From: the human T2T-CHM13v2.0 reference genome, Homo sapiens
DNA: 64,000 nt
Strand: one strand, 5' to 3'
Assembly (NCBI RefSeq): GCF_009914755.1
Contig: NC_060925.1
Part shown: in pieces, positions 1 through 12,900 of the stretch
Numbering within the stretch: position 1 is the stretch's first letter
Layout of the letters: every line of letters begins with the position of its first letter
Made by a program: the position numbers and the translations under genes
Notes under the pieces: model-generated
What the model was told of the DNA's origin: nothing
What the model saw: only the letters and a program-made list of their open reading frames with translations
The model's database searches: none

Positions 1-1798
1 CGAATGCAATAATCATTGAACGGAATCGAATGGAATAATCATCGGATGGAAACGAATGGAATAATCATCGAATGGAAATGAAAGGAGTCATCATCTAATG
101 GAATTGCATGGAATCATCATAAAATGGAATCGAATGGAATCAACATCAAATGGAATCAAATGCAATCATTGAACGGAATTTAATGGAATCGTCATCGAAA
201 GAATTGAATGTAATCATCGAATGGTCTCGAATGGAATCATCTTCAAATGGAATGGAATGGAATCATCGCATAGAATCGAATGGAATTATCATCGAATGGA
301 ATCGAATGGTATCAACATCAAAAGGAAAAAAACGGAATTATCGAATGGAATTGAAGAGAATCATCGAACGGACCCGAATGGAATCATCTAATGGAATGGA
401 ATGGAATAATCCATGGACCCGAATGTAATCATCATCGAATGGAATCGAATGGAATCATCGAATGGACTCGAATGGAATAATCATTGAACGGAATCGAATG
501 GAATCATCATCACATGGAAACGAATGGAATCATCATGGAATGGAAATGAAAGGAGTCATCATCTAATGGAATTGCATGGAATCATCATCAAATGGAATCG
601 AATGGAATCAACATCAAATAGAATCAAATGGAATCATTGAACGGAATTGAATGGAATCGTAATCGAATGAATTGAATGCAATCATCGAATGGTCTCGAAT
701 GGAATCATCTTCAAATGAAATGGAATGGAATCATCGCATAGAATCGAATGGAATTATCATCGAATGGAATCAAATGTTATCAACATCAAATGGAAAAAAA
801 CGGAATTATCGCATGGAATCGAAGAGAATCATCGAATGTACCCGAATGGAATCATCTAATGGAATGGAATGGAATAATCCATGGACTCGAATGCAATCAT
901 CATCGAATGGAATCGAATGGAATCATTGAATGGAGTCGAATGGAATAATCATTGAAAGGAATCGAATGGAATCATCATCGGATGGAAATGAATGGAATCA
1001 TCATCGAATGGAATCGAATAGAATTATGGAATGAAATCCAGTGTGATCATCATCGAATGGACCCGAATGGAATCATCATCCAACGGAAGCTAATGGAATC
1101 AACATCGAATGAATCTAACAGAAACACCATCGAATTGAAATGAATGGAATTATCATGAAATTGTAATGGATGGACTCATCATCGAATGGATTCCAATGGA
1201 ATCATCGAATAAAATTGATTGAAATCATCATCAAATGGAATCAAATGGTATCATTGAATGGAATCGAATGAAATCGTCATCAGATGGAAATGAATGGAAT
1301 CGTCATAGAATGGAATCGAATGGATTCATTGAATGGAATCAGATGGAATCATCGAATGGACTGGAATGGAATCATTGAATGGACTTGAAAGATATCATTA
1401 TTGAATGGAATTGAATGGAATCATCGAATGGTCTCGATTGGAATCATTATCAAATGGAATCGAATGGAATCACCGAATAGAATCGAATGGAACAATCATC
1501 GAATGGACTCAAATGGAATTATCCTCAAATGGAATTGAATGGAATTATCGAATGCAATCCCATGGAATTATCGAATGCAATCGAATAGAATCATCGAATG
1601 GACTCGAATGGAATCATCGAATGGAATGGAATGGAACAGTCAATGAACACGAATGGAATCATCATTGAATGGAATCCAATGGAATCATCGAGTGGAATCG
1701 AATGGAATTTTGATCAAATGGAATCGAATGTAATCATCATCAAATGGAATCAAAAATAACCATCATCAATTGGTATTGAATGGAATTGTCATCAAGTG

Positions 1799-3574
1799 GA
1801 ATTCAAAGGAATCATCATCAAATGGAACCGAATGGAATCCTCATTGAATGGAAATGAAAGGGGTCATCATCTAATGGAATCGCATGGAATCATCATCAAA
1901 TGGAATCGAATGGAATTATCATCAAATGGAATCTAATGGAATCATTGAACAGAATTGAATGGAATCATCATCGAATGAATTGAATGCAATCATCGAATGG
2001 TCTCGAATGGAATCATCTTCTAATGGAAAGGAATGGAATCATCGCATAGAATCGAATGGAATTAACATTGAATGGACTCGAATGGAATCAACATCAAACG
2101 GAATCAAGCGGAATTATCGAATGGAATCGAAGAGAATCATCGAATGGACTCGAATGGAATCATCTAATGGAATGGAATGGAATAATCCCCGGACTCGAAT
2201 GCAATCATCATCGTATAGAATCGAGTGGAATCATCGAATGGACTCGAATGGAAGAATCATTGAATGGAATCGAATGGAATCATCATCGGATGGATACGAA
2301 TGGAATCATCATCGAATGGAAATGAAAGGAGTCATCATCTAATGGAATTGCATGGAATCATCATAAAATGGAATCGAATGGAATCAACATCAAATGGAAT
2401 CAAATGGAATCATTGAACGGAATTGAATGGAATCGTCATCGAATGAATTGAATGCAATCATCGAATGGTCTCAAATGGAATCATCTTCAAATGGAATGGA
2501 ATGGAATCATCGCATAGAATCGAATGGAATTATCATGGAATGGAATCGAATGGTATCAACATCAAATGGAAAAAAACGGAATTATCGAATGGAATCGAAG
2601 AGAATCATCGAACGGACCCGAATGGAATCATCTAATGGAATGGAATGGAATAATCCATGGACTCGAATGCAATCATCATCGAATGGAATCGAATGGAATC
2701 ATCGAATGGACTCGAATGGAATAATCATTGAACGGAATCGAATGGAATCATCATCGGATGGAAATGAATGGAATCATCATCGAATGGAATCGAATAGAAT
2801 TATGGAATGAAATCCAGTGTGATCATCATCGAATGGACCCGAATGGAATCATCATCCAACGGAAGCTAATGGAATCAACATCGAATGAATCGAATGGAAA
2901 CACCATCGAATTGAAACGAATGGAATTATCATGAAATTGAAATGGATGGACTCATCATCGAATGGATTCGAATGGAATCATCGAATAAAATTGATTGAAA
3001 TCATCATCAAATGGAATCGAATGGTATCATTGAATGGAATCGAATGGAATCATCATCAGATGGAAATGAATGGAATCGTCATAGAATGGAATCGAATGGA
3101 TTCATTGAATGGAATCAGATGGAATCATCGAATGGACTGGAATGGAATCATTGAATGGACTCGAAAGGGATCATTATTGAATGGAATTGAATGGAATCAT
3201 CGAATGGTCTCGATTGGAATCATTACCAAATGGAATCGAATGGAATCACCGAATAGAATCGAATGGAACAATCATCGAATGGACTCAAATGGAATTATCC
3301 TCAAATGGAATCGAATGGAAGTATCGAATGCACTCGAATGGAATTATCGAATGCATTCGAATAGAATCATCGAATGGACTCGAATGGAATCATCGAATGG
3401 AATGGAATGGAACAGTCAATGAACTCGAATGGAATCATCATTGAATGGAATCGAATGGAATCATCGAGTGGAATCGAATGGAATTATGATCAAATGGAAT
3501 CGAATGTAATCATCAACAAATGGAATCAAAAATAACCATCATCCATTGGTATTGAATGGAATTGTCATCAAATG
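1799..3574 (+). repeat. Representative canonical 1,776-bp monomer (EcoRI to EcoRI)
   Basis: GAATTC at 1799-1804 and 3575-3580, in the context TGGAATTCAAAGGAATC, 1,776 bp apart. The same site recurs in nearly every monomer. Confidence 0.93.
1852..2787 (+). repeat. Internal tandem pair of diverged 468-bp modules (A1 + A2) within the monomer
   Basis: AAATGAAAGG(G/A)GTCATCATCTAATGG occurs at ~1852 and ~2320, and the parallel ORF starts at 1959 and 2427 differ by 468. A1 has GAACAGAATTG and TTCTAATGGAAAGG; A2 has GAACGGAATTG and TTCAAATGGAATGG. The remaining ~840 bp (B, containing AAATCCAGTGTGATC and AATAAAATTGATTG) is single-copy per monomer. Confidence 0.9.
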
Positions 3575-4696
3575 GAATTCAAAGGAATCATCATCAAATG
3601 GAACCGAATTCAATCCTCATTGAATGGAAATGAATGGGGTCATCATCTAATGGAATCGCACGGAATCATCATCCAATGGAATCGAATGGAATCATCATCA
3701 AATGGAATCTAATGGAATCATTGAACAGAATTGAATGGAATCGTCATCGAATGAATTGAATGCAATCATCGAATGGTCTCGAATGGAATCATCTTCTAAT
3801 GGAAAGGAATGGAATCATCGCATAGAATGGAATGGAATTAACATTAAATGGACTCGAATGGAATCAACATCAAACGGAATCAATCGGAATTATCGAATGT
3901 AATCGAAGAGAATCATCGGATGTACTCGAATGGAATCTTCTAGTGGAATGGATTGGAATAATCCACGGACTCGAATGCAATCATCATCGTATAGAATCGA
4001 ATGGAATCATTGAATGGACTCGAATGGAATAATCATTGAACTGAATCGAATGGAATCATCATCGAATGGAAACGAATGGAATCATCATCGAATGGAAATG
4101 AAAGGACTCATCATCTAATGGAATTGCATGGAATCATCATAAAATGGAATCGAATGGAATCAACATCAAATGGAATCAAATGGAATCATTGAATGGAATT
4201 GAATGGAATCGTCATCGAATGAATTGAATGCAATCATCGAATGGTCTCGAATGGAATCATCTTCAAATGGAATGGAATGGAATCATCGCATAGAATCGAA
4301 TGGAATTATCATCAAATGGTATCAACATCAAACGGAAAAAAACGGAATTATCGAATGGAATCGAAGAGAATCATCGAACGGACCCGAATGGAATCATCTA
4401 ATAGAATGGAATGGAATAATCCATGGACTCGAATGCAATCATCATCGAATGGAATCGAGTGGAATCATCGAATGGACTCGAATGGAATAATCATTGAACG
4501 GAATCGAATGGAATCATCATCGGATGGAAATGAATGGAATCATCATCGAATGGAATCGAATAGAATTATGGAATGAAATCCAGTGTGATCATCATCGAAT
4601 GGACCCGAATGGAATCATCATCCAACGGAAGCTAATGGAATCAACATCGAATGAATCGAATGGAAACACCATCGAATTAAAACGAATGGAATTATC

Positions 4697-6940
4697 ATGA
4701 AATTGAAATGGATGGACTCATCATCGAATGGATTCGAATGGAATCATCGAATAAAATTGATTGAAATCATCATCAAATTGAATCGAATGGTATCATTGAA
4801 TGGAATCGAATGGAATCATCATCAGATGGAAATGAATGGAATCGTCATAGAATGGAATCGAATGGATTCATTGAATGGAATCAGATGGAATCATCGAATG
4901 GACTGGAATGGAATCATTGAATGGACTCGAAAGGGATCATTATTGAATGGAATTGAATGGAATCATCGAATGGTCTCGATTGGAATCATTACCAAATGGA
5001 ATCGAATGGAATCACCGAATAGAATCGAATGGAACAATCATCGAATGGACTCAAATGGAATTACCCTCAAATGGAATCGAATGGAATTATCGAATGCACT
5101 CGAATGGAATTATCGAATGCATTCGAATAGAATCATCGAATGGACTCGAATGGAATCATCGAATGGAATGGAATGGAACAGTCAATGAACTCGAATGGAA
5201 TCATCACTGAATGGAATCGAATGGAATCATCGAGGGGAATCGAATGGAATTATGATCAAATGGAATCGAATGTAATCATCAACAAATGGAATCAAAAATA
5301 ACCATCATCAATTGGTATTGAATGGAATTGTCATCAAATGGAATTCAAAGGAATCATCATCAAATGGAACCGAATGGAATCCTCATTGAATGGAAATGAA
5401 AGGAGTCATCATCTAATGGAATCGCATGGAATCATCATCAAATGGAATCGAATGGAATCATCATCAAATGGAATCAAATGGAATCATTGAACAGAATTGA
5501 ATGGAATCGTCATCGAATGAATTGAATGCAATCATCGAATGGTCTCTAATGGAATCATCTTCTAATGGAAAGGAATGGAGTCATCGCATAGAGTCGAGTG
5601 GAATTAACATTGAATGAACTCGAATGGAATCAACATCAAACGGAATCAAGCGGAATTATCGAATGGAATCGAAGAGAATCATCGAATGGACTCGAATGGA
5701 ATCATCTAATGGAATGGAATGGAATAATCCACGGACTCGAATGCAATCATCATCGTATAGAATCGAATGGAATCATCGAATGGACTCGAATGCAATAATC
5801 ATTGAACGGAATCGAATGGAATAATCATCGGATGGAAACGAATGGAATAATCATCGAATGGAAATGAAAGGAGTCATCATCTAATGGAATTGCATGGAAT
5901 CATCATAAAATGGAATCGAATGGAATCAACATCAAATGGAATCAAATGGAATCATTGAACGGAATTTAATGGAATCGTCATCGAATGAATTGAATGTAAT
6001 CATCGAATGGTCTCGAATGGAATCATCTTCAAATGGAATGGAATGGAATCATCGCATAGAATCGAATGGAATTATCATCGAATGGAATCGAATGGTATCA
6101 ACATCAAACGGAAAAAAACGGAATTATCGAATGGAATTGAAGAGAATCATCGAACGGACCCGAATGGAATCATCTAATGGAATGGAATGGAATAATCCAT
6201 GGACCCGAATGCAATCATCATCGAATGGAATCGAATGGAATCATCGAATGGACTCGAATGGAATAATCATTGAACGGAATCGAATGGAATCATCATCACA
6301 TGGAAACGAATGGAATCATCATCGAATGGAAATGAAAGGAGTCATCATCTAATGGAATTGCATGGAATCATCATCAAATGGAATCGAATGGAATCAACAT
6401 CAAATAGAATCAAATGGAATCATTGAACGGAATTGAATGGAATCGTAATCAAATGAATTGAAAGCAATCATCGAATGGTCTCGAATGGAATCATCTTCAA
6501 ATGAAATGGAATGGAATCATCGCATAGAATCGAATGGAATTATCATCGAATGGAATCAAATGTTATCAACATCAAATGGAAAAAAACGGAATTATCGCAT
6601 GGAATCGAAGAGAATCATCGAATGTACCCGAATGGAATCATCTAATGGAATGGAATGGAATAATCCATGGACTCGAATGCAATCATCATCGAATGGAATC
6701 GAATGGAATCATAGAATGGAGTCGAATGGAATAATCATTGAAAGGAATCGAATGGAATCATCATCGGATGGAAATGAATGGAATCATCATCGAATGGAAT
6801 CGAATAGAATTATGGAATGAAATCCAGTGTGATCATCATCGAATGGACCCGAATGGAATCATCATCCAATGGAAGCTAATGGAATCAATATCGAATGAAT
6901 CTAACAGAAACACCATCGAATTGAAATGAATGGAATTATC
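4697..6940 (+). repeat. 2,244-bp expanded monomer (one extra 468-bp A2 module)
   Basis: Marker spacing is 2,244 = 1,776 + 468. Three modules are present, with equivalent points at ~5501, ~5969 and ~6437. Confidence 0.9.
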
Positions 6941-9900
6941 ATGAAATTGTAATGGATGGACTCATCATCGAATGGATTCGAATGGAATCATCGAATAAAA
7001 TTGATTGAAATCATCATCAAATGGAATCAAATGGTATCATTGAATGGAATCGAATGAAATCGTCATCAGATGGAAATGAATGGAATCGTCATAGAATGGA
7101 ATCGAATGGATTCATTGAATGGAATCAGATGGAATCATCGAATGGACTGGAATGGAATCATTGAATGGACTTGAAAGATATCATTATTGAATGGAATTGA
7201 ATGGAATCATCGAATGGTCTCGATTGGAATCATTATCAAATGGAATCGAATGGAATCACCGAATAGAATCGAATGGAACAATCATCGAATGGACTCAAAT
7301 GGAATTATCCTCAAATGGAATTGAATGGAATTATCGAATGCAATCCCATGGAATTATCGAATGCAATCGAATAGAATCATCGAATGGACTCGAATGGAAT
7401 CATCGAATGGAATGGAATGGAACAGTCAATGAACACGATGGAATCATCATTGAATGGAATCAAATGGAATCATCGAGTGGAATCGAATGGAATTATGATC
7501 CAATGGAATCGAATGTAATCATCATCAAATGGAATCAAAAATAACCATCATCAATTGGTATTGAATGGAATTGTCATCAAGTGGAATTCAAAGGAATCAT
7601 AATCAAATGGAACCGAATGGAATCCTCATTGAATGGAAATGAAAGGGGTCATCATCTAATGGAATCGCATGGAATCATCATCAAATGGAATCGAATGGAA
7701 TTATCATCAAATGGAATCTAATGGAATCATTGAACAGAATTGAATGGAATCATCATCGAATGAATTGAATGCAATCATCGAATGGTCTCGAATGGAATCA
7801 TCTTCTAATGGAAAGGAATGGAATCATCACATAGAATCGAATGGAATTAACATTGAATGGACTCGAATGGAATCAACATCAAACGGAATCAAGCGGAATT
7901 ATCGAATGGAATCGAAGAGAATCATCGAATGGACTCGAATGGAATCATCTAATGGAATGGAATGGAATAATCCCCGGACTCGAAAGCAATCATCATCGTA
8001 TAGAATCGAGTGGAATCATCGAATGGACTCGAATGGAATAATCATTGAATGGAATCGAATGGAATCATCATCGGATGGATACGAATGGAATCATCATCGA
8101 ATGGAAATGAAAGGATTCATCATCTAATGGAATTGCATGGAATCATCATAAAATGGAATCGAATGGAATCAACATCAAATGGAATCAAATGGAATCATTG
8201 AACGGAATTGAATGGAATCGTCATCGAATGAATTGAATGCAATCATCGAATGGTCTCAAATGGAATCATCTTCAAATGGAATGGAATGGAATCATCGCAT
8301 AGAATCGAATGGAATTATCATGGAATGGAATCGAATGGTATCAACATCAAATGGAAAAAAACGGAATTATCGAATGGAATCGAAGAGAATCATCGAACGG
8401 ACCCGAATGGAATCATCTAATGGAATGGAATGGAATAATCCATGGACTCGAATGCAATCATCATCGAATGGAATCGAATGGAATCATCGAATGGACTCGA
8501 ATGGAATAATCATTGAACGGAATCGAATGGAATCATCATCGGATGGAAATGAATGGAATCATCATCGAATGGAATCGAATAGAATTATGGAATGAAATCC
8601 AGTGTGATCATCATCGAATGGACCCGAATGGAATCATCATCCAACGGAAGCTAATGGAATCAACATCGAATGAATCGAATGGAAACACCATCGAATTGAA
8701 ACGAATGGAATTATCATGAAATTGAAATGGATGGACTCATCATCGAATGGATTCGAATGGAATCATCGAATAAAATTGATTGAAATCATCATCGAATGGA
8801 ATCGAATGGTATCATTGAATGGAATCGAATGGAATCATCATCAGATGGAAATGAATGGAATCGTCATAGAATGGAATCGAATGGATTCATTGAATGGAAT
8901 CAGATGGAATCATCGAATGGACTGGAATGGAATCATTGAATGGACTCGAAAGGGATCATTATTGAATGGAATTGAATGGAATCATCGAATGGTCTCGATT
9001 GGAATCATTATCAAATGGAATCGAATGGAATCACCGAATAGAATCGAATGGAACAATCATCGAATGGACTTAAATTGAATTATCCTCAAATGGAATCGAA
9101 TAGTATTATCGAATGCAATCGAATGGAATTATCGAATGCAATCGAATAGAATCATCGAATGGACTCGAATGGAATCATCGAATGGAATGGAATGGAACAG
9201 TCAATGAACTCGAATGGAATCATCATTGAATGGAATCGAATGGAATCATCGAGTGGAATCGAATGGAATTATGATCAAATGGAATCGAATGTAATCATCA
9301 TCAAATGGAATCAAAAATAACCATCATCAATTGGTATTGAATGGAATTGTCATCAAATAGAATTCAAAGGAATCATCATCAAATGGAACCGAATGGAATC
9401 CTCATTGAATGGAAATGAAAGGGGTCATCATCTAATGGAATCACATGGAATCATCATCAAATGGAATCGAATGGAATCATCATCAAATGGAATCTGATGG
9501 AATCATTGAACAGAATTGAATGGAATCGTCATCGAATGAATTGAATGCAATCATCGAATGGTCTCGAATGGAATCGTCTTCTAATGGAAAGGAATGGAAT
9601 CATCGCATAGAATCGAATGGAATTATCATCGAATGGAATCGAATGGTATCAACATCAAACGGAAAAAAACGGAATTCTCGAATGGAATCGAAGAGAATCT
9701 TCGAACGGACCCGAATGGAATCATCTAATGGAATGGAATGGAATAACCATGGACTGGAAGGCAATCATCATCGAATGGAATCGAATGGAATCATCGAATG
9801 GACTCGAATGGAATAATCATTGAACGGAATCAAATGGAATCATCATCGGATGGAAACGAATGGAATCATCATCGAATGGAAATGAAAGGAGTCATCATCT

Positions 9901-12900
9901 AATGGAATTGAATGGAATCATCATAAAATGGAATCGAATGGAATCAACATCAAATGGAATCAAATGGAATCATTGAACGGAATTGAATGGAATCGTCATC
10001 GAATGAATTGAATGCAATCATCAAATGGTCTCGAATGGAATCATCTTCAAATGGAATGGAATGGAATCATCGCATAGAATCGAATGGAATTATCATCGAA
10101 TGGAATCGAATGGAATCAACATCAAACGGAAAAAAACGGAATTATCGAATGGAATAAAAGAGAATCATCGAACGGACACGAATGGAATCATCTAATGGAA
10201 TGGAATGGAATAATCCATGGACTCGAATGCAATCATCATCGAATGGAATCGAATGGAATCATCGAATGGACTCGAATGGAATAATCATTGAACGGAATCG
10301 AATGGAATCATCATCGGATGGAAACGAATGGAATCATCATCGAATGGAAATGAAACGAGTCATCATCTAATGGAATTGCATGGAATCATCATAAAATGGA
10401 ATCGAATGGAATCAACATCAAATGGAATCAAATGGAATCATTGAACGGAATTGAATGGAATCGTCATCGAATGAATTGAATGCAATCATCGAATGGTCTC
10501 GAATGGAATCATCTTCAAATGGAATGGAATGGAATCATCGCATAGAATCGAATGGAATTATCATCGAATGGAATCGAATGGAATCAACATCAAACGGAAA
10601 AAAACGGAATTATCGTATGGAATCGAAGAGAATCATCGAATGGACCCGAATGGAATCATCTAATGGAATGGAATGGAATAATCCATGGACTCGAAAGCAA
10701 TCATCATCGAATGGAATCGAATGGAATCATCGAATGGACTCGAATGGAATAATCATTGAACGGAATCGAATGGAATCATCATCGGATGGAAACGAATGGA
10801 ATCATCATCGAATGGAAATGAAAGGAGTCATCATCTAATGGAATTGCATGGAATCATCATAAAATGGATTCGAATGGAATCAACATCAAATGGAATCAAA
10901 TGGAATCATTAAACGGAATTGAATGGAATCGTCATCGAATGAATTGAATGCAATCATCGATAGGTCTCGAATGGAATCATCTTCAAATGGAATGGAATGG
11001 AATCATCGCATAGAATCGAATGGAATTATCATCGAATGGAATCGAATGGAATCAACATCAAACGGAAAAAAACGGAATTATCGTATGGAATCGAAGAGAA
11101 TCATCGAATGGACCCGAATGGAGTCATCTAATGGAATGGAATGGAATAATCCATGGACTCGAATGCAATCATCATCGAATGGAATCGAATGGAATCATCG
11201 AATGGACTCGAATGGAATAATCATTGAACGGAATCGAATGGAATCATCATCGGATGGAAACGAACGGAATCATCATCGAATGGAATCGAATAGAATTATG
11301 GAATGAAATCCAGTGTGATCATCATCGAATGGACCCGAATGGAATCATCATCCAACGGAAGGTAATGGAATCAACATCGAATGAATCGAATGGAAACACC
11401 ATCGAATTGAAACGAATGGAATTATCATGAAATTGAAATGGATGGACTCATCATCGAATGGATTCGAATGGAATCATCGAATAAAATTGATTGAAATCAT
11501 CATCAAATGGAATCGAATGGTATCATTGAATGGAATCGAATGGAATCATCATCAGATGGAAATGAATGGAATCGTCATAGAATGGAATCGAATGGATTCA
11601 TTGAATGGAATCAGATGGAATCATCGAATGGACTGGAATGGAATCATTGAATGGACTCGAAAGGGATCATTATTGAATGGAATTGAATGGAATCATCGAA
11701 TGGTCTCGATTGGAATCATTATCAAATGGAATCGAATGGAATCACCGAATAGAATCGAATGGAACAATCATCGAATGGACTCAAATGGAATTATCCTCAA
11801 ATGGAATCGAATGGAATTATCGAATGCAATCGAATGGAATTATCGAATGCAATCGAATAGAATCATCGAATGGACTCGAATGGAATCATCGAATGGAATG
11901 GAATGGAACAGTCAATGAACTCGAATGGAATCATCATTGAATGGAATCGAATGGAATCATCGAGTGGAATCGAATGGAATTATGATCAAATGGAATCGAA
12001 TGTAATCATCATCAAATGGAATCAAAAATAACCATCATCAATTGGTATTGAATGGAATTGTCATCAAATGGAATTCAAAGGAATCATCATCAAATGGAAC
12101 CGAATGGAATCCTCATTGAATGGAAATGAAAGGGGTCATCATCTAATGGAATCACATGGAATCATCATCAAATGGAATCGAATGGAATCATCATCAAATG
12201 GAATCTGATGGAATCATTGAACAGAATTGAATGGAATCGTCATCGAAAGAATTGAATGCAATCATCGAATGGTCTCGAAAGGAATCGTCTTCTAATGGAA
12301 AGGAATGGAATCATCGCATAGAATCGAATGGAATTATCATCGAATGGAATCGAATGGTATCAACATCAAACGGAAAAAAACGGAATTATCGAATGGAATC
12401 GAAGAGAATCTTCGAACGGACCCGAATGGAATCATCTAATGGAATGGAATGGAATAACCATGGACTGGAAGGCAATGATCATCGAATGGAATCGAATGGA
12501 ATCATCGAATGGACTCGAATGGAATAATCATTGAACGGAATCGAATGGAATCATCATCGGATGGAAACGAATGGAATCATCATCGAATGGAAATGAAAGG
12601 AGTCATCATCTAATGGAAATGAATGGAATCATCATAAAATGGAATCGAATGGATTCAACATCAAATGGAATCAAATGGAATCATTGAACGGAATTGAATG
12701 CAATCGTCATCGAATGAATTGAATGCAATCATCAAATGGTCTCGAATGGAATCATCTTCAAATGGAATGGAATGGAATCATCGCATAGAATCGAATGGAA
12801 TTATCATCGAATGGAATCGAATGGAATCAACATCAAACGGAAAAAAACGGAATTATGGAATGGAATAAAAGAGAATCATCGAACGGACACGAATGGAATC

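Larger units (their letters stand above)
1..8790 (+). repeat. ~5,786-bp three-monomer duplication (1..~3000 repeated at 5787..~8790)
   Basis: CGAATGCAATAATC at 1 and 5787. ORF offsets are 150/5936, 672/6458 and 1405/7191 (5,786) and 1959/7744 and 2931/8716 (5,785). Shared private variants include TGTTATCAAC, AATGTACCCG, TCTAACAGAAAC and GATATC (1391, 7177). 5,786 = 1,776 + 1,766 + 2,244. Confidence 0.85.

Noticed and set aside
1208-1213. AATAAA once per monomer as a polyadenylation signal
   Set aside because: It is a chance derivative of the repeat, with no downstream GU-rich element or transcript evidence visible.
2931-3422. Recurrent 163-aa ORF MKLKWMDSSS...
   Set aside because: It is intact only through repeat identity, and is truncated to 81 or 120 aa or abolished in many monomers. 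There is no sign of coding constraint.
9693-9706. GAATCTTCGAA as a heat-shock element
   Set aside because: Only two correctly spaced inverted nGAAn units are present; a canonical HSE needs three.
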